From Fuscovulum sp. (GTDB lineage Bacteria > Pseudomonadota > Alphaproteobacteria > Rhodobacterales > Rhodobacteraceae), in assembly GCA_035192965.1 (NCBI GenBank), contig CP136571.1:3961666-4025665 (forward strand): 64,000 nucleotides of DNA, read 5' to 3'. The first letter of the stretch is position 1. Each line of letters starts with the position of its first letter. Positions 1 through 20,108 of this stretch are shown one piece after another. The notes below the pieces were generated by a model. That model was not told the DNA's origin. It made no database searches and saw only the letters and a program-made list of their open reading frames with translations. The translations under genes were made by a program, and so were the position numbers.

Positions 1-716
1 GTGCGGCCTTCACCACCGCCATGCGGGTGGTCGATCGGGTTCATCGCAACACCGCGAACGGTCGGGCGGATGCCCATGTGGCGGCGACGCCCGGCCTTGC
101 CGAGGTTCTGGTTCGAATTGTCGGGGTTCGACACGGCACCGATGGTGGCCATGCATTCCTGACGCACCATCCGCAATTCGCCCGAAGACAGGCGGATCTG
201 CGCATAGCCACCGTCACGGCCCACGAACTGGGCGTAGGTGCCCGCCGCGCGTGCCAGCTGGCCGCCCTTGCCGGGCTTCAGCTCGACGTTGTGAACGATC
301 GTCCCGATCGGCATGCCCGAGAACGGCATTGCGTTGCCGGGCTTCACGTCGGTCTTGGCACCCGCGATCACCTGATCGCCAACAGCCAGACGCTGCGGTG
401 CCAGGATATAGGCAAGCTCGCCATCCGCATACTTCACCAGCGCGATGAAAGCGGTGCGGTTCGGGTCATATTCGATCCGTTCCACGGTCGCCGCGATGTC
501 GAACTTGCGGCGCTTGAAATCCACAATGCGGTACAGGCGCTTTGCGCCGCCGCCCTTGTGCCACATCGTGATACGTCCGGTGTTGTTCCGGCCACCCGTC
601 TTTGTCAAACCCTCGGTAAGGGCTTTGACAGGGCGTCCTTTCCACAGCTCCGAACGGTCGATCAGAACCAGCCCACGCTGGCCAGGCGTCGTCGGTTTAT
701 ACGACTTGAGTGCCAT
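1..716 (-). CDS. rplB: 50S ribosomal protein L2 (partial; C-terminal part runs off the left edge)
   Basis: My own reverse translation from ATG (complement of 716-714) gives [33 protein letters not shown]. Bases 1-60 read [20 protein letters not shown], the L2 signature. It is absent from the ORF track because there is no stop inside the window. Confidence 0.93.
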   Translation of the reverse strand, partial: MALKSYKPTTPGQRGLVLIDRSELWKGRPVKALTEGLTKTGGRNNTGRITMWHKGGGAKRLYRIVDFKRRKFDIAATVERIEYDPNRTAFIALVKYADGELAYILAPQRLAVGDQVIAGAKTDVKPGNAMPFSGMPIGTIVHNVELKPGKGGQLARAAGTYAQFVGRDGGYAQIRLSSGELRMVRQECMATIGAVSNPDNSNQNLGKAGRRRHMGIRPTVRGVAMNPIDHPHGGGEGR

Positions 717-827
717 GCTCTCTGTCTTCCGTCAGCTAAGGGATCGCAGATGCGGTCCCGTGGTTATAGGGCTCCGAAGATCCCCGATTTCGGCCGGATG
801 CCCGCAGGCAAAACGACCGGATTCCTT

Positions 828-857
828 AAAAATCCACGGCCCCGGAAAACCGGGGCC
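828..857 (-). terminator. Terminator-like GC hairpin inside the rplW-rplB spacer
   Basis: Minus strand reads GGCCCCGG-TTTT-CCGGGGCC (838-857), then GTGGA and TTTTT (832-828). The U-tract is displaced 5 nt from the stem, so this is at best a weak terminator or attenuator. Confidence 0.35.
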
Positions 858-878
858 GCCAGATTCGTCGGCTCAATA

Positions 879-1175
879 TCAGAGGCCGGTGGCAACGTCG
901 ATAGTGTTGCCTTCTTCCAGCATGACATAGGCCTTCTTCTTGTCCGACCGCTCGCCTGCGCGACCGCGGAACTTCTTGGCCTTGCCCTTGGTGACGACGG
1001 TGTTCACCGCTTTCACCTTTACGCCGAAAACCGCTTCCACGGCTTCCTTGATGGCGGGCTTGGTCGCCGTCATGGCAACCTGAAACACCACCGCACCATG
1101 CTCCGATGCCATGGTGGCTTTCTCGGTGATGATCGGCTTCTTGATCAGGTCGTAATGTTCGGGTTTCACGCTCAT
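879..1175 (-). CDS. rplW: 50S ribosomal protein L23
   Basis: 98 aa, [25 protein letters not shown] overlap with the rplD stop. Canonical S10-operon position. Confidence 0.95.
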   Translation of the reverse strand: MSVKPEHYDLIKKPIITEKATMASEHGAVVFQVAMTATKPAIKEAVEAVFGVKVKAVNTVVTKGKAKKFRGRAGERSDKKKAYVMLEEGNTIDVATGL

Positions 1176-1792
1176 TTCAGACGAGCCTCCAGTGCTTCGA
1201 CACCGGCCTTCGTGATCACCAGGGTGTCACGCTTCAGGATGTCATAAACGTTTGCACCGATGGTCGGCAGCACGTCGATCCCTTCGATGTTGCGGGCGGC
1301 CAGCACGAAATTCGCGTCGACATCCGCACCATCAATGATCAGCACGCGCTTCCAGCCACGTTCCTGCAGGGTCTTGGCCAGCATTGCGGTCTTGGCTTCC
1401 GCCATCACCAGGCTGTCCACGATCACCAGTTCACCCGCCTTGGCCTTGGCCGACAGCGCATGGCGCAGCCCGAGGGCGCGGAACTTCTTCGGCAGGTCAT
1501 GGGCATGCGACCGCGGGGTCGGGCCCTTCACAACGCCACCGTGACGGAAGATCGGCGCCTTGCGGGAACCGTGACGTGCGCCACCGGTGCCCTTCTGGCG
1601 ATAGATCTTCTTGGTCGAGTACGAGACCTCGGCCCGGGTCAGCGTCGAATGGGTGCCAGCTTGGGCTTTCGCCCGCTGCCAGCGCACCACGCGGTGCAGG
1701 ATGTCGGCGCGCGGGTCCAGCCCGAACAGCGCTTCGTCCAGATCGATGGAACCGGCTTTGCCGCCGTCCAGCTTGATCACATCAAGTTTCAT
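1172..1792 (-). CDS. rplD: 50S ribosomal protein L4
   Basis: 206 aa, [24 protein letters not shown]...GTGGARHGS. 4-nt overlaps with rplC and rplW. Confidence 0.95.
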   Translation of the reverse strand: MKLDVIKLDGGKAGSIDLDEALFGLDPRADILHRVVRWQRAKAQAGTHSTLTRAEVSYSTKKIYRQKGTGGARHGSRKAPIFRHGGVVKGPTPRSHAHDLPKKFRALGLRHALSAKAKAGELVIVDSLVMAEAKTAMLAKTLQERGWKRVLIIDGADVDANFVLAARNIEGIDVLPTIGANVYDILKRDTLVITKAGVEALEARLK

Positions 1793-2514
1793 GCTTCACC
1801 CCCTTCGGCCGCAACTTCCACGGCCGGAGCAGCAGCAGTCATCGAACGCACCGCAGCCGGACGCGGTGCGTCGGCGAACGGGGCCTTCTTGACGGCGTCC
1901 TTCACGGTGACCCAGCCACCCTTCGATCCCGGGACAGCGCCCTTGACCATGATCAGGCCGCGGTCGGCATCCGTGCGCACGACCTGCAGGTTCTGCGTGG
2001 TCACACGAACGGCACCCAGATGGCCTGCCATCTTCTTGCCCTTGAACACCTTGCCGGGGTCCTGGCACTGGCCCGTGGACCCGTGCGAACGGTGCGACAC
2101 GGAAACACCGTGCGACGCCCGCAGACCGCCAAAGTTGTGGCGCTTCATCGCACCGGCAAAACCCTTACCGATCGAGGTGCCCGCGATATCCACGAACTGC
2201 CCGGCCAGGTAATGGTCTGCGGTGATTTCCGCACCCACATCAATCAGGTTGTCGGGCGTCACGCGGAATTCCGCGATCTTGCGCTTCGGGCTGACATTCG
2301 CCTTGGCGAAATGGCCGCGCTGCGCTGCCGTGGTCCGCTTGGCCTTTGCCTCGCCCGCGCCAAGCTGAACAGCCGTATAGCCATCCTTGTCGGCGGTGCG
2401 CTGTGCGACGACCTGCAGGTTGTCAAGTTGAAGGACGGTCACAGGAACCTGCGTGCCGTTCTCCAGGAACAGCCGGGTCATGCCCAGCTTCTTTGCGATA
2501 ACTCCAGAGCGCAT
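1789..2514 (-). CDS. rplC: 50S ribosomal protein L3
   Basis: The ORF begins [18 protein letters not shown]. The AAGGGGG Shine-Dalgarno sits 1 nt from the first ATG (2520) and 7 nt from the second (2514), so I prefer 2514. 2520 is the alternative start. Confidence 0.9.
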   Translation of the reverse strand: MRSGVIAKKLGMTRLFLENGTQVPVTVLQLDNLQVVAQRTADKDGYTAVQLGAGEAKAKRTTAAQRGHFAKANVSPKRKIAEFRVTPDNLIDVGAEITADHYLAGQFVDIAGTSIGKGFAGAMKRHNFGGLRASHGVSVSHRSHGSTGQCQDPGKVFKGKKMAGHLGAVRVTTQNLQVVRTDADRGLIMVKGAVPGSKGGWVTVKDAVKKAPFADAPRPAAVRSMTAAAPAVEVAAEGGEA

Positions 2515-2526
2515 GGTCATGCCCCC

Positions 2527-2835
2527 TTAAACCTTGATCTCGACATCCACGCCGGCCGCGAGGTCGAGCTTCATGAGCGCGTCCACGGTCTGCGGGGTCG
2601 GATCTACGATGTCGAGAAGACGCTTGTGCGTCCGGATTTCCCACTGGTCGCGCGACTTCTTGTCGATGTGCGGACCGCGCAGAACGGTGAACTTCTCGAT
2701 CTTGTTCGGCAGCGGGATCGGGCCGCGCACTTGCGCGCCGGTCCGCTTGGCCGTGTTCACGATTTCCTGCGTGCTGGCATCCAGTACGCGGTAATCGAAG
2801 GCCTTAAGCCGGATGCGGATGGTTTGACCTTGCAT
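2527..2835 (-). CDS. rpsJ: 30S ribosomal protein S10
   Basis: 102 aa, [22 protein letters not shown]... Confidence 0.96.
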   Translation of the reverse strand: MQGQTIRIRLKAFDYRVLDASTQEIVNTAKRTGAQVRGPIPLPNKIEKFTVLRGPHIDKKSRDQWEIRTHKRLLDIVDPTPQTVDALMKLDLAAGVDVEIKV

Positions 2836-2855
2836 CTTGTTTTCCTTTTAGAACG

Positions 2856-2880
2856 TTGGGGTGGGCTTTCGCCCACCCAA
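2856..2880 (-). promoter_or_regulatory. GC hairpin in the 64-nt tuf-rpsJ spacer (possible attenuator or processing site)
   Basis: Minus strand reads TTGGGTGGGC-GAAA-GCCCACCCCAA, with a GNRA-type loop and one bulged base. No clean U-tract follows. Confidence 0.3.
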
Positions 2881-2898
2881 GAGGTTCTGTTTGTGGTT

Positions 2899-4075
<1,177 letters not shown>

Positions 4076-4163
4076 CAGGGTCACTCCTCATTCGTGTGTC
4101 GGTGCTGCCGGGGTATCCCCCGGCCTACGGGGTGGTAGGGCGGGGTTCACCCCGCCACACCGG

Positions 4164-6287
4164 TTAAGCGTATTTCTTCTGGATCTCGTCCGAGATGTTC
4201 TGCGGCACGGCCTCGTAATGGTCGAACTCCATCGAGAACACAGCGCGACCCGAGGTCATCGAACGCAACTGGTTGATGTAGCCGAACATGTTCGCCAGCG
4301 GAACCATCGAGGCGATGACATTCGCGTTGCCGCGGCTGTCCTGCCCGTTGATCATCCCCCGACGCGAGGTCAGGTCGCCGATGACGCCGCCGGTGTATTC
4401 CTCCGGGGTCACCACTTCGACCTTCATGATCGGTTCCAGCAGCTTGGCGCCGGCCTTCTTCAGACCTTCGCGCATCGCCGCACGGGCCGCGATTTCAAAG
4501 GCCAGAACCGACGAGTCAACATCGTGGAATGCGCCGTCGATCAGCTGCACCTTGAAGTCGATCACCGGGAAGCCGGCCAGCGGGCCCGAATCCATCACCG
4601 ACTTGATGCCCTTTTCGACGCCGGGGATGTATTCCTTCGGCACCGCACCACCAACGATCTTCGACTCGAAGGAATAGCCTTCGCCCGGTTCCGTCGGCTG
4701 AATGACCAGCTTCACGCGCGCGAATTGGCCGGTACCACCGGTCTGCTTCTTGTGCGTGTAGTCGATCTCATGCTCGCGCGAGATCGTCTCGCGGTAAGCC
4801 ACCTGCGGCGCACCGATATTCGCCTCGACCTTGAACTCGCGACGCATACGGTCGACGAGGATGTCGAGGTGAAGTTCCCCCATACCCTTCATGATGGTCT
4901 GACCGGATTCGATGTCGGTCTCCACCCGGAAGGACGGGTCTTCGGCGGCCAGACGGGCCAGCGCGATGCCCATCTTTTCCTGGTCGGCCTTGGTCTTGGG
5001 TTCCACCGCGATCTCGATCACCGGGACCGGGAAGGTCATGGTTTCCAGAACAACGGGTGCCGCCGGATCACAAAGCGTGTCCCCGGTGGTGGTTTCCTTC
5101 AGACCGCCCAGCGCGATGATGTCACCAGCGAATGCTTCGGTGATTTCTTCGCGGTCGATGGCGTGCATCATCATCATGCGGCCAACGCGCTCTTTGCGCT
5201 GCTTGGTCGCGTTCATCATCGCATCGCCCTTGGCCAGCTTGCCCGAATAGATCCGGGTAAAGGTCAGCGAACCAACGAAGGGGTCGTTCATGATCTTGAA
5301 CGCCAGACCCGAGAAGGGCTGGTCGTCATCTGCAGACCGCGCGATGTTGCGGGTTTCCGTTTCGTCGCCCGGTGCAAAGCCCATATAGGGCGGCACGTCC
5401 AGCGGCGAAGGCAGATAGTCGATCACGGCGTTCAGCAGCGGCTGCACACCCTTGTTCTTGAAGGCCGAGCCCGCAAAAACCGGGATGAAGTCAATCGCCA
5501 GCGTCCCCTTGCGGATCAGCGCGCGCAGTTCTTCCGGGGTCGGCTCGTTGCCTTCCAGATAGGCTTCCATGGCCGCGTCGTCCTGACCGACTGCCGTTTC
5601 CAGCAGGTTCAGGCGCCATTCATCGGCCACGTCCTTCAGGTCGGCGCGGATCGGCTGACGGATCCAGGACGCGCCCAGATCTTCACCCTGATAAACCCAC
5701 TCTTCCATCGTCACGAGGTCGATGATGCCTTCCAGCTTGTCCTCGGCGCCGATCGGCAGGGCCACCGGCATCGCATTCGCGCCGGTCCGGTCCTTGATCA
5801 TGCGGACGCAGTTGAAATAGTCCGCACCGGTCTTGTCCATCTTGTTGACGAACACGATCCGCGGAACCTTGTAGCGGTCAGCCTGACGCCACACGGTTTC
5901 GGTCTGCGGTTCCACACCTGCGTTGCCGTCCAGCAGAACGACAGCACCGTCAAGCACGGCCAGCGAACGTTCGACTTCAATGGTAAAGTCCACGTGGCCG
6001 GGGGTGTCGATGATGTTGAAACGGTACTTGTCGGAACGCGCATGCTCCAGACCCGGATCAATGGTGCGTTCCCAGAACGTGGTCGTCGCAGCAGAGGTGA
6101 TCGTGATGCCACGCTCCTGCTCCTGCTCCATCCAGTCCATGGTGGCCGCGCCATCATGGACTTCACCGATCTTGTGCGACTTGCCTGTGTAATACAGGAT
6201 GCGCTCAGACGTGGTGGTCTTGCCGGCATCGATATGCGCGATGATGCCAAAGTTGCGGTAGCGCGTCAGCGGAAATTCGCGTGCCAT
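4164..6287 (-). CDS. fusA: Elongation factor G
   Basis: 707 aa, [35 protein letters not shown]. Confidence 0.97.
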   Translation of the reverse strand: MAREFPLTRYRNFGIIAHIDAGKTTTSERILYYTGKSHKIGEVHDGAATMDWMEQEQERGITITSAATTTFWERTIDPGLEHARSDKYRFNIIDTPGHVDFTIEVERSLAVLDGAVVLLDGNAGVEPQTETVWRQADRYKVPRIVFVNKMDKTGADYFNCVRMIKDRTGANAMPVALPIGAEDKLEGIIDLVTMEEWVYQGEDLGASWIRQPIRADLKDVADEWRLNLLETAVGQDDAAMEAYLEGNEPTPEELRALIRKGTLAIDFIPVFAGSAFKNKGVQPLLNAVIDYLPSPLDVPPYMGFAPGDETETRNIARSADDDQPFSGLAFKIMNDPFVGSLTFTRIYSGKLAKGDAMMNATKQRKERVGRMMMMHAIDREEITEAFAGDIIALGGLKETTTGDTLCDPAAPVVLETMTFPVPVIEIAVEPKTKADQEKMGIALARLAAEDPSFRVETDIESGQTIMKGMGELHLDILVDRMRREFKVEANIGAPQVAYRETISREHEIDYTHKKQTGGTGQFARVKLVIQPTEPGEGYSFESKIVGGAVPKEYIPGVEKGIKSVMDSGPLAGFPVIDFKVQLIDGAFHDVDSSVLAFEIAARAAMREGLKKAGAKLLEPIMKVEVVTPEEYTGGVIGDLTSRRGMINGQDSRGNANVIASMVPLANMFGYINQLRSMTSGRAVFSMEFDHYEAVPQNISDEIQKKYA

Positions 6288-6296
6288 GATGACCCC

Positions 6297-6767
6297 TTAC
6301 CAGCGGTAATGGCTGAATGCTTTGTTCGCATCCGCCATCTTGTGGGTGTCTTCCCGCTTTTTGACAGCGGTGCCACGGTTGTTCACGGCATCCGAAAGCT
6401 CGGCAGCCAGACGTTCTTCCATGGTGTTCTCGTTGCGCTTGCGGGCCGCGATGATCAGCCAGCGGATCGCCAGCGCTTCGCGGCGCTCGGTGCGCACTTC
6501 GACCGGAACCTGATAGGTTGCACCACCGACGCGGCGCGAACGCACTTCGACCGACGGCTTCACGTTTTCCAGCGCTTCGTGGAAGGCCTGGATCGGTTCG
6601 CGCTTCAGACGCGACTGAACGCGCTCAAGCGCGCCATAGACGATGGATTCTGCAACGGATTTCTTTCCGTCCAGCATCAGGTTGTTCATGAACTTGGTCA
6701 GAACCCGGTCGCCATACTTGGCATCGGGCAGGATTTCGCGCTTCTCGGCGGCGTGACGACGTGACAT
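6297..6767 (-). CDS. rpsG: 30S ribosomal protein S7
   Basis: 156 aa, [20 protein letters not shown]... Confidence 0.96.
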   Translation of the reverse strand: MSRRHAAEKREILPDAKYGDRVLTKFMNNLMLDGKKSVAESIVYGALERVQSRLKREPIQAFHEALENVKPSVEVRSRRVGGATYQVPVEVRTERREALAIRWLIIAARKRNENTMEERLAAELSDAVNNRGTAVKKREDTHKMADANKAFSHYRW

Positions 6768-6778
6768 CTCTTATCTCC

Positions 6779-7150
6779 TCACTTCGGACGCTTGGCGCCG
6801 TATTTCGAACGACGCTGACGACGATCTTTCACGCCCTGGGTATCCAGAACGCCGCGGAGGATGTGGTAACGCACACCGGGAAGGTCTTTTACCCGGCCGC
6901 CACGGATCAGAACCACAGAGTGTTCCTGAAGGTTGTGCTTTTCACCCGGAATGTAGCTGATGACTTCAAAGCCATTGGTCAGACGCACCTTGGCGACTTT
7001 CCGCATAGCCGAGTTCGGCTTCTTAGGCGTCGTGGTGTACACGCGGGTACACACGCCACGCTTCTGCGGGCAGGATTCCAAGTGCTGCGACTTGGACCTT
7101 CTTACTTTCGCTTCCCGCGGCTTGCGGATCAGCTGTTGGATCGTCGGCAT
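6779..7150 (-). CDS. rpsL: 30S ribosomal protein S12
   Basis: 123 aa, [21 protein letters not shown]... Confidence 0.97.
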   Translation of the reverse strand: MPTIQQLIRKPREAKVRRSKSQHLESCPQKRGVCTRVYTTTPKKPNSAMRKVAKVRLTNGFEVISYIPGEKHNLQEHSVVLIRGGRVKDLPGVRYHILRGVLDTQGVKDRRQRRSKYGAKRPK

Positions 7151-7385
7151 TCACGTACCCCGATTTGCCCTCACGGGCGTTGTCAATACTCGCGCCAATC
7201 TCCCGGCGCGCTGCTTCTCGACTGACGTCTGCGCGGATCGCAAAACGCCAAAACCGCATGCGCCCCCTTCGCGGGGACGACGCGGTGGAATTCCAGAGGA
7301 TCGGGGCCTGCGCCCGGATCATGACCACTCACTTTTCGATATCCTTGGGCCGACTCCCACAGGGGGCCAGCACTCAGGTAGCGGG

Positions 7386-7414
7386 CGTATAGGGGGAGTC
7401 GCGGGGGATGTCAA
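7386..7414 (-). promoter_or_regulatory. Candidate sigma70-type promoter of the rpsL-rpsG-fusA-tuf unit
   Basis: Minus strand has TTGACA (7414-7409), an exact 17-nt spacer, then TATACG (7391-7386). It lies about 235 nt upstream of the rpsL ATG and about 30 nt after the stop of the upstream transporter gene. Confidence 0.5.
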
Positions 7415-7445
7415 CAACCGCCCCGGCCCGGTTGCTGGCCTGGGG

Positions 7446-8342
7446 TCAGCCCTGCCCCCCCGGCATCTGAACCGCCTTCACCTTGCGCTCGCGCCACAGG
7501 GTAAAGATGCCCGATCCCACCACCAGCCCCGCCCCCATCAGCGTCAGCGCATCGGGCAGCGTGCCAAAGATCACCCAGCCCAGAAAGATCGCCCAGAGCA
7601 GGGCCGTATACCGGAAAGGCGCGATAAACCCGATATCGCCCACCCGCATCACCATGATCACAAAGTTATAGCCCACCACCAGCGCCGCCGCTGCCCCACC
7701 GATCAGCAGCCCCTCGCGCAGGCTTACCGCCTCCCACCCGGCAGGCAGCGACAGGGTCAGCGCGGTGACCGTCACCGCAAGTGACGCCAGCACCGCCACG
7801 GTGGATGACGGCACCGCCCTTGATAGCTGCCGGGTTGAAAGATCGCGCACCACCACAAAGGCCACCGATGCCAACCCCATCAGCGACCAATGGTCAAACC
7901 CCTGCGGTCCGGGCCGAATGATGATCAACACCCCCACGAACCCCACCAGAATGGCCGTGATCCTCCGCCAGCCAATCCTGTCGCCAAACACCGCCCAAGC
8001 GGCCAAGGCCACCGCCAAAGGCAGCGATTGCAGGATCGCCGACAGGTTCGCCAAAGGCATATGCACCAGCGCCGCCAAGAACAGCAGCGTCGACGCCACC
8101 TCTGCCACAGACCGGATCGCCACGATCCCCGCATCTCGCCGCGCCATCCGGAACCGCAGCCCCCCGGTTGCCACCCCGATCAGCGCCAGTGGCGCCAGCG
8201 TCAGCAATCCCCGCATCGCAATGGCCTGCCACAAGGGCAGGGTCTGCGTCGCGGCCTTCATCGCGCTGTCGTTCAGGGTAAAGGCGGCCATTGCGATCAT
8301 CATATAGATCGCGCCGCGCAGATTGTCGGATATCGGCATCAT
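7446..8342 (-). CDS. DMT superfamily (EamA-like) transporter
   Basis: About 10 TM helices. From ATG 8342 the protein begins MMPISDNLRGAIYMMIAMAAFTLNDSAMKA, behind an AAGAGGA Shine-Dalgarno. The longer track ORF start (8420) overlaps the rpoC terminator. Confidence 0.8.
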   Translation of the reverse strand: MMPISDNLRGAIYMMIAMAAFTLNDSAMKAATQTLPLWQAIAMRGLLTLAPLALIGVATGGLRFRMARRDAGIVAIRSVAEVASTLLFLAALVHMPLANLSAILQSLPLAVALAAWAVFGDRIGWRRITAILVGFVGVLIIIRPGPQGFDHWSLMGLASVAFVVVRDLSTRQLSRAVPSSTVAVLASLAVTVTALTLSLPAGWEAVSLREGLLIGGAAAALVVGYNFVIMVMRVGDIGFIAPFRYTALLWAIFLGWVIFGTLPDALTLMGAGLVVGSGIFTLWRERKVKAVQMPGGQG

Positions 8343-8380
8343 GTCCTCTTGGCCCACATCGCTATCAGCGCGCCCGCCAA

Positions 8381-8414
8381 AGGAAAAGGGCCGCCGCATC
8401 GCTGCGACGGCCCC
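8381..8414 (-). terminator. Intrinsic terminator after rpoC
   Basis: Minus-strand RNA forms GGGCCGUCGC-AGCGAU-GCGGCGGCCC, a 10-bp stem with one G.U pair that exists only on this strand. UUUUCCUUU follows immediately. Confidence 0.65.
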
Positions 8415-8434
8415 TTTCAAGACTGCGTCAAAGA

Positions 8435-12673
<4,239 letters not shown>

Positions 12674-12761
12674 TTCCAAATCCTTGAAAGGGGGCGGGGG
12701 CGCAGGGCGGGTGTCAACCCGCCCCACGAGGGGCCAAAGGGCGGTTCACACCGCCTTTCGG

Positions 12762-16895
<4,134 letters not shown>

Positions 16896-16907
16896 GTGCG
16901 TCGTCAC

Positions 16908-17158
16908 CTTTTCTCGTGTCGCTGGCGCTGGTTCGTCGGGGTCACGAACGCGCGCCTATTGCGATGCGGCGGAAGGGTTCCATTCATGCTTTCCGTCCCA
17001 CCGGAAAGCTCCCGAACCCAAAACCACGCCTTGAAAGGGGCACCCGCATCGGGGCCAAAGGGCCGTGATGCCCCTTTCAAGACAGGTTCGGCTGGGCCGG
17101 GGAAATCCCCGACCCAGCCTCAAAACCAGTGTCAGAATGCGAAACGCATCCTGCCCGA
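16908..17158 (-). promoter_or_regulatory. Highly structured rplL-rpoB spacer (attenuator or RNase processing region, by analogy)
   Basis: On the minus strand there is a 13-bp hairpin GGCUGGGUCGGGG-AUUU-CCCCGGCCCAGCC (17090-17119). A 13-bp long-range stem CUUGAAAGGGGCA/UGCCCCUUUCAAG (17030-17081) encloses a GGCC-CUUU-GGCC hairpin. Further hairpins lie at 16988-17009 and 16931-16949. Confidence 0.45.
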
Positions 17159-17533
17159 TTACTTCAGTTCGGCCTTGGCGCCAGCCTCTTCGAACTTCTT
17201 CTTCATCGCTTCGGCGTCAGCCTTCGAGATGCCTTCCTTGACCTTGCCACCGGCTTCGGTCAGGTCCTTGGCTTCTTTCAGGCCCAGACCGGTGATTTCG
17301 CGCACGACTTTGATCACGTTGATCTTGTTCGGGCCGGCGTCCGTCAGGACGACGTCGAATTCGGTCTGCTCTTCCACCGGGGCGGCAGCAGCAGCCGGGC
17401 CAGCAGCCATCATGACGGCGCCACCGGCGGCCGGCTCGATGCCATACTTGTCCTTCAGGATGGACTTCAGTTCCTGAGCCTGCAGCAGGGTCAGGCCGAC
17501 GATGTCTTCGGCGAGTTTGTTCAGATCAGCCAT
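17159..17533 (-). CDS. rplL: 50S ribosomal protein L7/L12
   Basis: [38 protein letters not shown]. The ATG at 17542 (MSKMADL) is the alternative start. Confidence 0.94.
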   Translation of the reverse strand: MADLNKLAEDIVGLTLLQAQELKSILKDKYGIEPAAGGAVMMAAGPAAAAAPVEEQTEFDVVLTDAGPNKINVIKVVREITGLGLKEAKDLTEAGGKVKEGISKADAEAMKKKFEEAGAKAELK

Positions 17534-17600
17534 TTTGCTCATTCCGTTCTATTAAGATGGGGTCCAACGCTGTGGGGTCAACCACGCGGGTATTCTCGGA

Positions 17601-18116
17601 TCAGGCCGCAGCCTTTTCCTCGATGGTGGACAGGATGCTTGCGATGTTCGAAGCAGGCGCGCCAATTGCACCAGCGATTGCCGAAGCAGGTGCCCCGATG
17701 CACGACACGATCTGAGCGATAAGCTCTTCGCGCGACGGCAGAGAAGCCACAGCCTTGACACCGGCCTGGTCCAGAATCGAGCCGCCCATAGCCCCGCCAA
17801 GAATGACGAACTTTTCGTTCGTCTTGGCATAGGCCTCGGTGACCTTCGCCGCAGCGACAGGGTCTTCCGAATAGGCAAGCACGGTCATGCCCGTAAGCAG
17901 GTCACCCATCTGTGCGCCGGGTTTCCCTTCAAGGGCGATCTTGGCGAGCTTGTTCTTGGCAACGCGTACGGACCCGCCAACTTCGCGCATTTTCGCGCGC
18001 AGGTCCTGCATCTGTGCAACCGTCATACCCGTGTAGTGGGCAACCACCACAACGCCAGAGCTTTCGAAGATCTGGCCGAGTTCATCGACCACTTTCTCTT
18101 TCTGGGCTCTATCCAC
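17601..18116 (-). CDS. rplJ: 50S ribosomal protein L10
   Basis: 171 aa, [40 protein letters not shown]. Confidence 0.95.
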   Translation of the reverse strand: MDRAQKEKVVDELGQIFESSGVVVVAHYTGMTVAQMQDLRAKMREVGGSVRVAKNKLAKIALEGKPGAQMGDLLTGMTVLAYSEDPVAAAKVTEAYAKTNEKFVILGGAMGGSILDQAGVKAVASLPSREELIAQIVSCIGAPASAIAGAIGAPASNIASILSTIEEKAAA

Positions 18117-18437
18117 AGTTTCACTCCAAGTGTGGGGGTCTCCCCCCGGCTCATTTAAGCCCCTGCAAGCAGGGGCATTCGGGTCCGAATGATATCCCGA
18201 GTTATGATCGCCCGAGGAAAACCCCCGGAAATCCGTCTCGTTCTCTCATCTCAGGAGGGAAATTAAGCCAGGCTCACGCCGGGCACCCACCGTCTCGGAC
18301 AAAGGATACGCGACCTGCGCAACGAATCACGCAGGCAGAGTATCACGGGTCAATATCCATTCCGCCCGCCCTTTCCAAGCCCCGTCAGCACAGCCGTCAT
18401 GCCGTTACCGTGTTCAAAGCCGCTGCCAACCGCGAAA
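18117..18437 (-). promoter_or_regulatory. rplJ 5' leader and promoter region (L10-L12 autoregulatory leader, by position)
   Basis: 321-nt non-coding stretch upstream of rplJ containing several hairpins, for example GCCCCUGC-UUGC-AGGGGC at about 18168-18187. The assignment rests on the known L10 leader mechanism. I did not verify a structure model. Confidence 0.4.
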
Positions 18438-20036
18438 TCACGCCTTGGCGCGGAAAATCACCGTGCGGATCTGGTGGCGCTTGTGCTTGCCACCGTCGAT
18501 TACCTCGATCACCTCGCCGGTCGCATCCCCCAACCGGTTCAGCATCTTCACCAGCCCCGCTTCCGAAATCCCGAACGGATCCATCGGCGACACCCGATCC
18601 GGCAGATAGTTCCAGCCGTGATCCAGCATCAGATACCCGCCGGGTTTCAGGCAGCTGATCCACCCCGCAAAGGCCCGCTCCGGATCATGGGCATGATCCC
18701 AGGAATTGGAATAGACCAGGTCCATCTTGCCCAGCCACGCCGGATCGACCTCGTGGAAATCCCACTGGATCGTGTGCGGGAACTCCGTCGCCGTGTCCGA
18801 GATTTCGGTCCCGAACACCTCGGCCTGCGGGCCCAGATACTGGCGAAACCACACCTGCTCATTGCCCCGGCGCGTGCCGTGGCAGATGCCGGTGACGGGC
18901 TTCGCACCCTGATCCAGCATATAGCGCGACAGGATCGCGATATGCTCTTCCGGCACGAACTGGTTCTTGATCTTCAGCTTGTTCGCCTCGGTCTGCACCT
19001 TGCGATACAGCTCCAGATCAAACCCATCCTCCCCACCATAGCGGTACAGCTTCATGTCATCCTCACCAAGGACGACGCTCCCCTGCTCCAGACGGGCCGC
19101 ATCCTCTGCCACTAGCCGCTCGCCCAGTTTGCGCTTCCGCTTGAAATCCTGCACCTGCATCTCTCCTTTCGACGCCGCCCTCGCGGCAGGCTTCCTTCGT
19201 TCCGTCCGGCCGGCCGTCGCCCCGTCCGACCCATCCTCGTCCATTGCATCAGCCGCCTTCGGGCTGTCCCATCCCGCGGGCAGCGCCATGCCCCGGCGAA
19301 ACATGTTGCGGATCTTGAACCCGAAGACCGGCCATTGTGCAAACTCCGCCAGCGCCATGCCCATCTCATGCTGCGCCAGACCTGTCACCCGCATCACATT
19401 GGGCAACAGAACCTGATCCCGCCCCGCAATGCTGACAAAGGCGCGGAACCACGCCTCATTCAGCCGCGCGGTATCGGGTGATCCCATCTTCTGCACCAGC
19501 GCCGTATTGACGAACAGCCCCGCATTCCGGGGCAGCCCCGCCTCCCGGAACCACGCATGCAGACGGGCCATCTCTTCGGCATCCAGCTTTTCCTGCCGCT
19601 CGCACACCTCTGCCTCGCGCCATGAACAGCCCCGCGCCCGGTGGCGCACCAGAAACCGGCCCGCCGGGGCCACCCCGCCATGTGCGGCATCCAGCCGGGC
19701 GACCACCTCATCCGGCGGCATCACCAGCCGCGCCCGGTTGTCGATATAGATCACCCAGTCATAGGCCCCCAAAAACCGCTCCGGCCACAGCTTCGGCAAC
19801 CGCGACAGCTGTTTCGGGCTCAGCCCCTCAAACCGCTCGGGCAGCCGCACCACCCGGCAACCCGGCGCATCCAGTTCGGCATGATCGGTAAAGATGATGC
19901 GATCCCAGTCGCCTTCCGGCCCCAGGGCATTGCGATGGAACGGTTCATACTGGCCGAAATAGCAGGAATAAACGGCGATCCGGCCCCGGTCCGGAACAAG
20001 CATCTCGATCGCCCGACCGTCTTCGGCCAAATCCAC
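18438..20036 (-). CDS. Two-domain protein: N-terminal DUF616/TOD1-like glycosyltransferase fused to a C-terminal class I SAM-methyltransferase-like domain
   Basis: N-terminal part: RIAVYSCYFGQYEPF...IIFTD...LSRLPKLWPERFLGAYDWVIYIDNRARL. A charged linker follows. C-terminal part: GICHGTRRGNE...VFGTEIS...DLVYSNSWDHAHDP...LKPGGYLMLDH. The first 25 codons of the track ORF (from 20111) overlap the rplA terminator. I therefore prefer GTG 20036, which has a GGAGA Shine-Dalgarno 6 nt upstream. ATG 20003 is the alternative. Confidence 0.7.
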   Translation of the reverse strand: MDLAEDGRAIEMLVPDRGRIAVYSCYFGQYEPFHRNALGPEGDWDRIIFTDHAELDAPGCRVVRLPERFEGLSPKQLSRLPKLWPERFLGAYDWVIYIDNRARLVMPPDEVVARLDAAHGGVAPAGRFLVRHRARGCSWREAEVCERQEKLDAEEMARLHAWFREAGLPRNAGLFVNTALVQKMGSPDTARLNEAWFRAFVSIAGRDQVLLPNVMRVTGLAQHEMGMALAEFAQWPVFGFKIRNMFRRGMALPAGWDSPKAADAMDEDGSDGATAGRTERRKPAARAASKGEMQVQDFKRKRKLGERLVAEDAARLEQGSVVLGEDDMKLYRYGGEDGFDLELYRKVQTEANKLKIKNQFVPEEHIAILSRYMLDQGAKPVTGICHGTRRGNEQVWFRQYLGPQAEVFGTEISDTATEFPHTIQWDFHEVDPAWLGKMDLVYSNSWDHAHDPERAFAGWISCLKPGGYLMLDHGWNYLPDRVSPMDPFGISEAGLVKMLNRLGDATGEVIEVIDGGKHKRHQIRTVIFRAKA

Positions 20037-20076
20037 CCGCACTCTCCACCCACCGGGGCGACACACGCGCCGCGCC

Positions 20077-20108
20077 AAAAAAAACGGACACCCGTTTCCG
20101 GATGTCCG
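20077..20108 (-). terminator. Intrinsic terminator after rplA
   Basis: Minus-strand RNA forms CGGACAUCCG-GAAA-CGGGUGUCCG, a 10-bp stem with a GNRA loop and one strand-specific G.U pair. UUUUUUUU follows. Confidence 0.9.

Noticed and set aside
4076-4084. GTG 4084 start for tuf copy 1 (MTLMGKAK...)
   Set aside because: Copy 2 starts at the homologous ATG (MAKAK...). A GAGGAG Shine-Dalgarno is correctly spaced for ATG 4075.
4107-4156. Two GC hairpins (gccgggg-tatc-ccccggc and ggcgggg-ttca-ccccgcc) between fusA and tuf as terminators
   Set aside because: Neither has a U-tract on the transcribed (minus) strand, and tuf is expected to be co-transcribed with fusA. I note them as possible processing or stability elements but do not call them.
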